A DNA stretch of 32,000 bases from Candidatus Saccharimonadota bacterium (GTDB lineage: Bacteria > Patescibacteriota > Gracilibacteria > BD1-5 > UBA6164): positions 180,001-212,000 of the forward strand of contig OZ245768.1 of the NCBI GenBank assembly GCA_965227835.1, given 5' to 3'. Of this stretch, positions 20,244 to 30,149 are shown piece after piece. A model generated the notes under the pieces. It made no database searches, was not told where the DNA came from, and saw only the letters and a program-made list of their open reading frames with translations. Both the position numbers and the translations under genes were made by a program. The number at the start of each line of letters is the position of its first letter. The first letter of the stretch is position 1.

Positions 20244-20822
20244 ATGGAATGATTAAGTTTATCAGACGAAAAATCTAATTATTATGTCTTTCGTTCAAGA
20301 TTAATTCGAATTAATACAGTTGTTAATATGCCATTAGAATATTTTTCTGGATTAGGAGTTAGAAAAAGTGATTTTACAGATTCTGAATTAAATGAAATAT
20401 ATGATTTAATAGAAGAATTTTTTTGAAAAGAAAGTTCTGCAAATTATGCTAAAATGATACATAGTATAGATTGTTTTTCAGCTGAAAATTTTATTTTGCA
20501 GTTTGATACATTTTTAGCAAACAATTTTCAATTTAATTGATTAGTAAAGTTATTGAGAATTAAAAAAAGACATTTTTTATATTGAAATCTTAAATCTATT
20601 TGAATATCAGAGCAGTCAATTAACAAAGATTTGCAAATAGATGAAAGTAATTTAATTAAAAATACCTTTACAAGATTAGATATGAAAAAAATTAGAAAAA
20701 CAATAAATAGACAAGGGGAAGAATTATGATGAAAAACTAAAAAATTAATGAAAGAGCAGAATAAAAAATTATGTATTCCATATAAAAAAGAGGTAGATTT
20801 AATCCTAGAAAAAAACTACTAA
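20244..20822 (+). CDS. hypothetical protein, paralog 1 of the helicase-flanking family (192 aa)
   Basis: MEGLSLSDEKSNYYVFRSRLIRINTVVN...DFTDSELNEIYDLIEEFFGKESSANYAKMIHSIDCFSAENFILQFDTFLANNFQFNGLV... The core is shared with 22978-23481. Lys-rich C-terminal tail. Confidence 0.6.
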
Positions 20823-20831
20823 TTTAAAATT

Positions 20832-22907
20832 ATGAACAATTCAAACATACAAATATTTGAAAATATTGTTTCATCTCTAGATGATATAAAACATCCAGTA
20901 TCTTGAAGAGATTTTAGATGACCCCAGAGAAATTTTTTTATAAATTTAAGTGATAGAATAAGCTCTAAAATTAAACACAATTGAGATATTTCCTCTATAA
21001 ATTATGCTTTAGAACATGCCTGTGGTACAGGTAAAACAGATATTATGGTTACTATGTGTAATATTCGAAAGAATCTTATCAAAAATATCAATCTTATTTG
21101 AGACCAAAAAAAATATATAGACCTTTTAATAATACCAGAGAGAGCCCCTAAACTTAAAATTATGTCTAGTTTTTTTGAAGCTTGATTAAATATAGTTGAT
21201 ATAAAAAACTTAGATAAAAATAGAGATTTAGATAATGGTAAAGATATTGATATTATAATTACAACAATACAAGCACTTAATTTTAATTGTGATAAACTTG
21301 TAGAGAAATATCTTTTTTTTAATGTTTTTTGAGATGAAGCTGACTGTTATCTTACAGAAAAAAGAAAAAAAATAATAAATAAATTTGAACCTGTCATAAA
21401 ACTAGGATTAACTGCAACACCGGAATGGCAAGATGGTAGGCATATAAGAGAAACTTGGGGAGAAACCATACATGAATATAATATTTCACAGGCAATTATA
21501 GATTGATTAAACACACCTATATATTATTTTTTGTTTCAATCGACAGCAAACAATTCCGAAAAAATCCCTATAACTGGAGGAGATTATTCTAAATCTGCCT
21601 TAAATAAAGCCTTAAAAAGATTAGAGATAGAACAAACAATTACTGAAATATATAATCAAATATCTGAAAAATGGTGAAAAAATAAAAAATCCAAGTGCTT
21701 GGTTTATGTTCCAAGTTTAGATCTTGTAAATACTGTCTTAGATAATTTTAACAAATTATTCAAATGAAGTGAAAAAAAGGCAGTTAGTTTGTATTGATCC
21801 ATGTCTACTAAAGATATGAATGAAATTATAAAAAATTACAGTGAATGAAAAATTGATGTTATGGTACTTTGTGAAATGTGATGAAGATGACTTGATGTTC
21901 CTTCTTGTAATTTTGTTTTAGATGCATATCCCACCAAATCAAAAACCAAGCTTATGCAGAGATATGGTAGAGCTCTTCGTGTGGAAGAATGAAAAGATAG
22001 AACTATTATAGTACAGATAAAACCTACTCATAATAATTTTAGACCTTGTAACCTTATGGAACTACTAGATTTTGAAAGACTATGACAAGGTATAATATAT
22101 GGTAATAATTGATGAGTTAGTATAGCATCAGAAAAATTTTTAGAGGCAGTAAGAATAACTCAAGCCGATATAGAAAGTATTATAAGAGATATAAAACCAG
22201 TTTTAAAAAAATCTATTTACGAATGTGTTGATGTTAAAAATATATGAAAATGATGACTGGAAAATATTCCAGTTTCAAATGATAATTGAATTTTATATTT
22301 TAAAAATCAAGAATATAGAACTATTTCATGATGGGCATTGTATTACAATTTGAAATGGGACACAGTTAAAAAATATTTAGATTTTAACTCTCTTTCTTCA
22401 AGATACATTATGTGACTTTTGAAAGATTCTAGGTTAAATAAATTTTACTCCAAAAATGATATGGAAAAAGCTATATGAATTTTTCTAAAATTTGAAAAAA
22501 TTGATGATGATACAAGAAAAACTATAAATTCTTGGGTAAAAATCCTAAGAGAAGAAGGTAAGGTTATATGTGGAAATACTTTAAAAAGATTACTATCAAG
22601 AAATTGAATCAAACCTAAAAAATTAAGGACTAATTTATGAATACTCAACACGTATACTCGTAAGCAAATATATGATTTAATTGATAAAAGATTAGATAAT
22701 GCAGATAGTTGAGAGATTTTATATGAAGATTCTACTTATTTTTCTACTAAGAAGTTATATCAATTTTATTTACAAAAATGATGAAATTTATCTTACATTA
22801 CATTTACAAGAAAACTGAGTAAATACTGAGATCAAAAAAGATATTTCAATATAAAATGAAAAAAATCTAGCTTTTTTCCTAAAAATATAATATATGATAT
22901 TTTATAG
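20832..22907 (+). CDS. superfamily-2 DEAD/DEAH-box helicase (ResIII/Helicase_C type) with two C-terminal excisionase/MerR-like HTH repeats
   Basis: 691 aa. Motifs: FRGPQRNFF, HACGTGKTDIM (motif I), VFGDEADCY (II), LGLTATPE (III), CEMGGRGLDVPS (V), LMQRYGRALR (VI). C-terminal repeats: GILYFKNQEYRTISGWALYYNLKWDTVKKYL...FYSKNDMEKAI and GEILYEDSTYFSTKKLYQFYLQKGGNLSYITFTRKL...FFPKNIIYDIL. TAG at 22905-22907. Confidence 0.8.
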
Positions 22908-22918
22908 TAATTTTATTT

Positions 22919-22946
22919 TTGACATCTATAAAAAAATGTATATAAT
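22919..22946 (+). promoter_or_regulatory. near-consensus promoter for paralog 2
   Basis: TTGACA (22919-22924), 16-nt spacer, TATAAT (22941-22946). It lies 32 nt upstream of ATG 22978. Confidence 0.5.
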
Positions 22947-22977
22947 GTTAAAACTTTAAATTTAATAAATATAAATT

Positions 22978-23481
22978 ATGGAATCATTAGATACAACAAT
23001 TGAAAGACTTGATTTAGATAAATTCTATTCAAGTTTGAGGAAAATTAATACGGTCATAAATACTTGAGCATGATATTTTGCCTGAGTAAGACCAAGAAAA
23101 GTTGATTTTACAAGTTCTGAATTAAATGAAGTATATGATTTAATAAAGGAACTTTTTTGAGAAGAAAAAGCTGAAAATTATGCTCAAATGGTATATAGCA
23201 TAAATTATTTTTCAGCAGAAAATTTCATTTGTCAGTTTAGAGTATTAGTAAAAAATAACTTTGAGTTTAACTGATTAGTTGAAATTAATACAGGTGATTC
23301 TGCAAGTTCAGAGGGTGAATATATTTGATCATTATTATCTTGAATTAATAGAGATTCATATTCAGATGAGAGTTTTTTAATCAAGAGTACTTTTACAAGA
23401 TGAGATTTTGAAAAGTATGATTATATGGGAGCAAGAAGTTATAAAGATTACTATAAAAGAAGGCTAAAAGCAATTTCATAA
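22978..23481 (+). CDS. hypothetical protein, paralog 2 of the helicase-flanking family (167 aa)
   Basis: MESLDTTIERLDLDKFYSSLRKINTVIN...DFTSSELNEVYDLIKELFGEEKAENYAQMVYSINYFSAENFICQFRVLVKNNFEFNGLV... The C-terminus diverges from paralog 1. Confidence 0.6.
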
Positions 23482-23500
23482 AGTACTATTATTTTGAAAA

Positions 23501-23532
23501 AAATTTCGTTGTGAAACCAACGAAATTTTTTT
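23501..23532 (+). terminator. intrinsic terminator after paralog 2
   Basis: aaatttcgttg-tgaaac-caacgaaattt followed by a T-run. Confidence 0.7.
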
Positions 23533-23698
23533 ATAAGTTAAAATATTAAGAGTAGATATTACTTTTACACTTGAAATACTTTTTATATAAATTAATCCTT
23601 ATCTTATTTGGTAATAAAAATATAGTTTCTACTATATGTAAGATTTTAAAAGGTATTTAAAAATTCCCAATCTGATTAATTCAAAATTTATATACTAA

Positions 23699-25360
23699 CT
23701 ACAAACTCCAAACATTCTTGTTTCAAGGATTGTGGGTTATCCATGAAAACCACATTTCATAATATCAATTTACAATTTTTTCATTTTTTGAAACACTTAC
23801 AATTCAATTATAATATGAAGCTCTATACTCTAAATCTCATATATTTATAACTGCTTTTTTTCTTTTAACTAAATCATCTAACTTGAAAGCTAAAGAGTTT
23901 CAAGAATCATTTACTATATAAAATATATCTTTTTTTCTAAATCTCTCATCTTCATTTTGAACACTAAAAATTAACTCATCATTTTCATCATAATCTCAAT
24001 AGGGAACTACTCAATAACTTCTACTATATCAAGTATCATCACTTAAAACCAATCAATTTTTAAAATTCTCTTGAAATTTTTCCAAAGACATAACATTAGT
24101 TTTTACAATTTCTAATTCTTGTCATATCATATCTCAAATTAGAGCTTTTCATAAACTTTGAGACCACAAACTTTCACTTATATTATCATACATAAGTAAA
24201 TTTGATTCATAAAGCTGTCAACTTACTCAAAATAAAACTTCTTCTCAATTTATGACTCTGTCAAAAACTATAGAACTTCAACAAAGAGGGCAAAAGGTCA
24301 CACTATATTTATTTTTTCATATCTCATCATTTACTATTTCATGCCATACTAAAATAGAAAAAGGATAAAATTTAGCTATATTGTCAAAATAAACTACAAT
24401 TCATCTCTCATCTTTTTTCAAATACTCCATAGAACTTTTAGCTTTTTTAATATCCAAAAACTTAGGTTTATTTATAGCAGGGATTCAATCTTTTCAAGGT
24501 CATCAATTTAAAACAAGGGATAAATCTATTGATGATTTAGCTGTATTTGTTTTAAGTCAATATACTTCAAATTCTTTTTTCTCTTTTTCATCTTTTATTT
24601 TATTTTCTTCAGGTTTGTTTTTATACTTCTCATAATCTATATTTTCAAGAATTTTTTGCTCTATAAATATAGGTCAAAGATACCCTTCATTTATGAGTTT
24701 AGTTTCTACTTCTTTGTAAAATCAGCTAAATATACTTATTCATATTATTATAAAAATTATACCAAGTACTTTTTTAAATTTTCACTTTGGATCGGAGAAA
24801 AACCTAAGCTTAGAAGCAAATTTTTGTCAAAATAAAGCTATCAAGAAAAGTATAAAAGATAGTCCCAGCACATATGAAACTAAGTTTATTATTCAAAACA
24901 TAAAACTAGATGGAAGTATAACTGCAAGAATTATTGCATATGTAGGACTACAACTTGAAAATATAGGTCAAAGAGATAAACCCATAAATATATTTTTCTT
25001 ATTTCATGATAGGGTAGTTGAATAAGAAAATGCATCATTTGATTTTTTAGAAAACCCCAATATATCTCATAGTTTTTTCCATATGTCTGGAAATAAAGTT
25101 ATTATTCAAAGGAAAAATATTAAAACTCAAGAAAATATAGACCAAAAATTACTTGGTAGAGATATAAAAATGGTTGTTGTTTTTAAAATAATTGAAAATA
25201 AAAATACAGATATTCAGAGTGATATTATAATCACATAAGGTGCTAGTTTATCTTTAGTATTTTCTAGAGATCATCAAAGTATTATGGGCAAAAGTGGTAG
25301 CACACAAGGAGCAAGAACGGTCAAAACTCATGCCAAAAAAGAAACTATTATTAAAAGCAT
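23699..25360 (-). CDS. fusion protein: CcdA/DsbD-type thiol-disulfide transporter membrane domain plus DUF3179-like extracytoplasmic domain
   Basis: 553 aa. N-terminal half is multi-TM with LAPCVLPLLP and SSCSPTYAI cysteine motifs. C-terminal half: LNGGPGKDGIPAINKPKF, YSVTFCPLCGSSIVFDR, NLLMYDNISESLWSQ, GYYEMWFSWITHNP. Confidence 0.75.
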
Positions 25361-25406
25361 AATTGTATATTTAAATTATAAGAAAAAAGAGTTTTTAAAC
25401 TCTTTT

Positions 25407-26168
25407 TTATATTTCTGAAACTATATCTTCCAAATTATTTCACCCTACCCATTTTTTTATCATATTTCAGTTTTCATCTACTTGCACAAAACTGTGTTGT
25501 ATAACAATTCAATATTTTTTTCTTAAATCAGATGAGCTATCATAATCAATTTTCAATATATTAATATTTTTAGGGATTTCACTTTTTGTTAAATTATCAT
25601 CTAATACTTTACAAGAAGGACACCAATTAGCATGAAAGAATAAAATGTTTGTATTTGAAGAAGAAAGTTTATCTTCACTATACTGGTTGTATCAATACAT
25701 ATTATCACCTTCTTCTTTCATATTCATTTTATCTTCTTCACTCATCTCCTCATTCATAGAATTTTCCTCACTATAAGATTCTTTACTATTTTCCTCTTGG
25801 TTCATCATAGTCTCTTGTGATTCCATATTTTCTTCAATTTTTTCAACAGATACTTCTTCTTGTTTGTTAGACATTTCATCTTGAGAATTTTGTTTTTTCA
25901 TCTCATCATTCATTTCTTCCTCTAAATTACCTTCCATCATATTATCTTCCATTTTCTCCATAGGGTAATCTTTTACCATTTCTGCATTTTCTAAAACTTG
26001 TTGTTCTTCCATCATTTCTTCATTTCAAGCATTAGAATCAACTTCTTCTTGAGATACTTCAACTGCCATATTTTCCTCATAATTTTCATTTTTTTCAGTA
26101 TTTTTTCAGCAAGAAGATAAAATTAAAACAGATGATAGTACAATCATAGCTACATATATTTTTTTCAT
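25407..26168 (-). CDS. thioredoxin-fold lipoprotein with a long Met/Glu-rich linker
   Basis: 253 aa containing track ORF 25692-26015. Signal plus lipobox: MKKIYVAMIVLSSVLILSSC. About 125 residues are rich in Met and Glu (MMEE, MEKMEDNMMEG, EEMNDEM, ETMMNQ, KMNMKEE). Then ILFFHANWCPSCK (CxxC) and a thioredoxin-like C-terminus. Confidence 0.8.
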
Positions 26169-26310
26169 ATATTTTTTATTAAAAAGTAAATTTTTTTATC
26201 TAGTTTTTTAAAAAACTTTCTGGATGTTACTTGTAAAAATTATATTTCAAAGTTTTTTTATTCTTTTAATTGTTTTTTATATATCTTTAATTTTGATTTT
26301 TTAGGTTTAT

Positions 26311-26980
26311 TTCAACACATCGGGATAAAAACCCCTATCTTTAGATAGTTAAGACACCGAAGGTGTAAGTGATAGAAATTGAATAAATGAGATGTGTTGT
26401 GACATAGGGTTTTAAACCCCGTTGCCTTCAGGCCGATTCTAAAGAAAAAAGTGTAAAAAATCAATAGAATAAATAAAATAGTGTTAAAAACTAACACTAG
26501 AGAGAATGAAATACCAAAAAAGTAGTCATGCGACATATGATGTCAGATACCATATAGTATGGATAACAAAATACAGAAATCCATTCATGACAAAAGAGAT
26601 ACAAGATAGATTGGAAAAGATCATAAGATGAATAAGTAAAAAGCTATGAGTAATAATAATAAAGATATGAATGGAAGAAGATCATGTACATATATATTGT
26701 AGGATACCGTTAACTAAACCAATATCTACAATAGTATGACATATAAAGTGAGAAAGTTCTAAGGCAATAAAGAGGTATTTTTACAAAGAAATTAAGAGAT
26801 GGTATTGGAAGACATGAAATATATGGTGAGTATGATATTTTGTATCTAGTGTATGAGAGATAAATTGAGAAATAATATCTAATTATGTGGAACAACAGTG
26901 AGAAGAAGAGAATAAGATTGAAGAGATAGAGCTTTAAATTTCAGTACAAATAAAAGCCCCGTGCCTTCAGGCCGGGGTAG
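26311..26980 (+). mobile_element. IS200-type (IS200/IS605 family, tnpA-only) insertion sequence
   Basis: Y1 transposase gene flanked by GC-rich subterminal hairpins sharing cccgt(t)gccttcaggccg (left 26417-26435, right 26957-26977). Left-end long-range stem caacacatc/gatgtgttg (26313-26321 / 26391-26399). Hairpin tagtgtt-N7-aacacta sits just upstream of the start codon. Outer boundaries are approximate. Confidence 0.75.
26506..26937 (+). CDS. tnpA: IS200/IS605-family Y1 (HUH) transposase TnpA
   Basis: 143 aa with about 12 TGA-Gly codons. MKYQKSSHATYDVRYHIVWITKYRNPFMTKEIQDRL..., EEDHVHIYCRIP (HUH), WGVGYFVSSVGEINGEIISNYVEQQ (catalytic Tyr). Confidence 0.9.
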
Positions 26981-27121
26981 AAGAAAAGCTAAAACTTTTT
27001 TACTATAACTTTAAAACTAATTAATAAATAAAATTTATTAATCAAAAAGATTTTTTTATTTGTTTCTCAATTTAAAATATTATAATCTAGGAGCTGTATT
27101 TTAATTTATTAACTTTATACT

Positions 27122-28261
27122 ATGAAAAATACAAAATTTACACTTGCTATTTTAGTTTGAATTTTAGTCAGTTTAACCTTTACTGCAAGTGTTAGTGCTT
27201 TTGGTTTTTGAAATAAAACACCTAGTTTTAGTTTTTGAAATCAAGGTTCTAATGTTATGAATTTATCTGGTTGATCTTTAAGCTCTTATTTTGAAGCTTT
27301 AGATGAAGACATCCAAGAAGAATTGGAAGAATATATGGAAGAAATGAAAGAAGAATGAGAATCTAAAAGAGAAGAAATGAAGGAAAATATGAGAGAAAAA
27401 ATGCAAGAAATGATGTCAATGTCTCAAGAAGAAAGGGAAGCTTATATTGCAGAGATGCAAGAAGAAATGTCAGAAACAAGAGAATCTTACTTAGCTGAAA
27501 TTGAAGATATAGTTTGAGATAGTGATGAAGCGGAAGCTTATTTGGAAAAATTAAGAGAAAGATATGATAATGCAAAAAACTATGCTAAGGAAAGAAAGGA
27601 TTTAAAATCATCTTATAATAAAGATAAAAAAGATTTAAAAGGTGATTATAGAGGTAAAAAATCAGATAATAGAGATGAATTACAACCTTATTTTGATGCT
27701 TTACCTGAAGATGTTCAAGAGGAATTAGAGGAATATATGGAAGAGAGAAAAGAAGAAATGAAGGAAGAAAGAGAGGAATTAAAGGAAATGTCTGAAGAGG
27801 AGAGGGAAGAATATATGGAAGAGAAGAGAGAAGAGATGGAGGAAGAGAGAGAAGAGTATTTAGCTGAAGTTGAAGAAATAGTTTGAGATAGTGATGAATG
27901 AAAAGCTTATTTAGAAAAACTAAAATCTATTCAAGAAGAAAATAGTTCTTTAAGACAAGATTATAGATCAGATTCTAGGGAAATGAATAAAGATTATAAA
28001 GGTAAAAGATCAGATTTAAGATCTAAATATAAAAAAGCTTTTGCAAAAAAACTTTGAAATAGACTTGATAAAGTTTCAGACGACAAACTTGAAAAGGTAC
28101 TTGATGTTATAGATAATAAAATTGAAGAAGTTGAAGATAGTTCTAGAAGTGATGATAAAAAGGAGAAATTAATTTCTCAATATGAAGCTTTGAAAGATTT
28201 AATTAATGAAAGATTAGAGAAGTCAGATGATGAGATTGATTTAGAAAGTATGTTTCAATAA
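27122..28261 (+). CDS. secreted Glu/Lys/Met-rich repeat protein (379 aa) with internal tandem duplication
   Basis: Contains track ORF 27542-27886. Signal peptide: MKNTKFTLAILVGILVSLTFTASVSA. Two roughly 135-aa repeats: YFEALDEDIQEELEEYMEEMKEE...YLAEIEDIVGDSDEAEAYLEKL and YFDALPEDVQEELEEYMEERKEE...YLAEVEEIVGDSDEGKAYLEKL. Confidence 0.7.
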
Positions 28262-28280
28262 TATTATAAAATATTCAAAC

Positions 28281-28306
28281 AAAAAACCCCAGTTTTGGGG
28301 TTTTTT
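28281..28306 (+). terminator. intrinsic terminator
   Basis: aaaaaacccc-agtttt-ggggtttttt. Confidence 0.75.
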
Positions 28307-28528
28307 GTTTGCTATGTTTTTAGTTTTATATAGGGCTAATTATTTAGATAAAATTACTTAATTTTCTCATATTTTTTATTATCATTATACATTCATATAA
28401 ACTTATAACTTATTTATAATTTTTAATGATTATTAAATTTTTTAAAAATTTGTAATTTGTATTTTTTTATATAATTTTAAAGCATAACTTTTATTTTTAC
28501 GAAAATATCTTAACCATAAAAACACCAT

Positions 28529-29572
28529 ATGGATTCACATTTAATACAGATATTCTCTTTTTGAATAGCAACCTTTTTAATTTGATTTATACTTGCCCCT
28601 ATATACATAAATATATTAAAAAAAGCAAAAATAGGTAAACAAATAAGAGAAAATGCAACTGTCTGAAAAGCCACAATTTTTTTTAAACTTCATAAAGATA
28701 AAATAGGTACCCCTACTATGGGAGGAGCACTAATAATAGTAAATGTATTTTTTATGGTGCTTGTAAGTATCGTAATACAATTTTTTTGAATAATAGAACA
28801 TTCTCTATTTGATAGAAAAGAAACATATTTGATACTTTTTACAATTCTTAGTGTCTGAACACTTGGGGCAATAGATGATTTTATGAATATAAAGGGAATA
28901 TGAAAAACAAAATGATTATCGGCAAAATTTAAAATAGTAGGGCTTTTACTATTTTCTATCTTGTGAGCTTTGTGGTTTTACTTCAAACTAAATTGGGCTG
29001 ATAAAAATCTTATAATACCTTTTCTAGAAAATTCTTACTATATTTGAATATGGTTTATTCCTCTTTTTATATTTGTCATTGTAGCTTCTGCTAATAGTGT
29101 AAATATAACAGATTGACTAGATTGACTAGCCTGATGATTATTATTATTTGCCTATAGTGTTTATACATATATTACTTTTGATCAGTGAATGTTTTTATTG
29201 TCTGCTCTTTGTATATCCATAGTTTGAGCATTGATAGCATTTTTATGGTTTAATATAAAACCCGCAAAATTTTATATGTGAGATATATGAAGTTTGAGTC
29301 TTTGAGCTTCTTTATGAATAATAGCTATGATTACAAATACACTTTTTGTTTTACTTATAGTATGAGCAATTTTTATATTTGAAACATTATCTGTTATAAT
29401 ACAGATAACAAGCAAAAAACTTAGAAAATGAAAAAAAGTCTTTAAAATTGCACCACTACATCATCATTTTGAAGCTATCTGACGGTCTGAGGAAACAATA
29501 GTATTTAGATTTTGGTTGATATGAATAATATTTTCTGTTTTTAGTGTTATGTTTTACATATTTCAAAAATAG
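28529..29572 (+). CDS. mraY: phospho-N-acetylmuramoyl-pentapeptide-transferase
   Basis: 347 aa. Motifs: KIGTPTMGGALI, NSVNITDGLDGLAGG (four Gly are TGA, from 29114), KPAKFYMGDIGSLSLGASLG, KIAPLHHHFE. TAG at 29570-29572. Confidence 0.95.
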
Positions 29573-29580
29573 TACATTGA

Positions 29581-29740
29581 GGAGAAACTAAAAAATTAAC
29601 ATCTATGAAAAAATAATATTTTTTGCTAATTTTCATTCAAAAATTTTTAGCTTAGAATAACTAAACAAAAAATTTTGTTCATAAAAATTATCTAAAAAAT
29701 CTATATTTTTATCCTAACGAAGTAATTTTTTAGTTTCTCC
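29581..29740. repeat. family-2 intergenic repeat, long copy closed by a perfect 18-bp inverted repeat
   Basis: ggagaaactaaaaaatta (29581-29598) and taattttttagtttctcc (23 to 40 of 297xx, i.e. 29723-29740). The interior combines homologs of 3314-3358 and of the inner part of 3467-3551. Confidence 0.7.
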
Positions 29741-29787
29741 TTAAAAAAATATTTTAAAAATCTAAGTATTTATAAATGTGATTTAAA

Positions 29788-30081
29788 ATGATAAATGATG
29801 AATTTAATTGTGAAATTTGTGGTAAAAATGTCTCAAAACATCCTGACTGAAGTGCTAGGAATCACTGCAATTATTGTTTATGATCAAAACATTTAGACTT
29901 GGATTATCCATGAGATAGGGCTTCAAAATGTGGATGAATTATGAAAGCCTTTTGAATCGATTATAAAAAAAATAAGGGTTATATGATAAAACATAAATGT
30001 GAAAAATGTGGAAAAGAAAACTTAAACAAACTAGCACCTGATGATTTTTTCTTAGATTTTATAAAAACTAAATCAATTTAA
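29788..30081 (+). CDS. RNHCP-domain zinc-ribbon protein (97 aa)
   Basis: MINDEFNCEICGKNVSKHPDGSARNHCNYCLGSKHLDLDYPGDRASKCGGIMKAF...KHKCEKCGKEN. RNHCxxC signature plus additional CxxC pairs. Confidence 0.7.
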
Positions 30082-30086
30082 TATAA

Positions 30087-30110
30087 AAAATACTCCTTTA
30101 GGAGTATTTT
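30087..30110. terminator. bidirectional terminator hairpin
   Basis: aaaatactcc-ttta-ggagtatttt between convergent genes. Confidence 0.7.
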
Positions 30111-30149
30111 TTAATTTTAAATTAGTTTTTTAGAGGTATCTTTTAATTT

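Noticed and set aside
25692-26015. Stand-alone 107-aa acidic Met-rich protein, as shown in the track
   Set aside because: It is the middle of a 253-aa lipoprotein (25407-26168). The flanking TGA codons are Gly, and the same frame contains the signal peptide and the CxxC thioredoxin domain.
27363-27575. Track ORF, minus strand, 70 aa
   Set aside because: It is antisense to the Glu/Lys-rich repeat gene. GAA-rich sense strands automatically give open Leu/Phe-rich antisense frames.
29581-29740. Retron msr/msd-like ncRNA (long flanking inverted repeats)
   Set aside because: No reverse transcriptase gene is adjacent (the neighbours are mraY and an RNHCP protein). The second copy at 3467-3551 likewise has no RT nearby.
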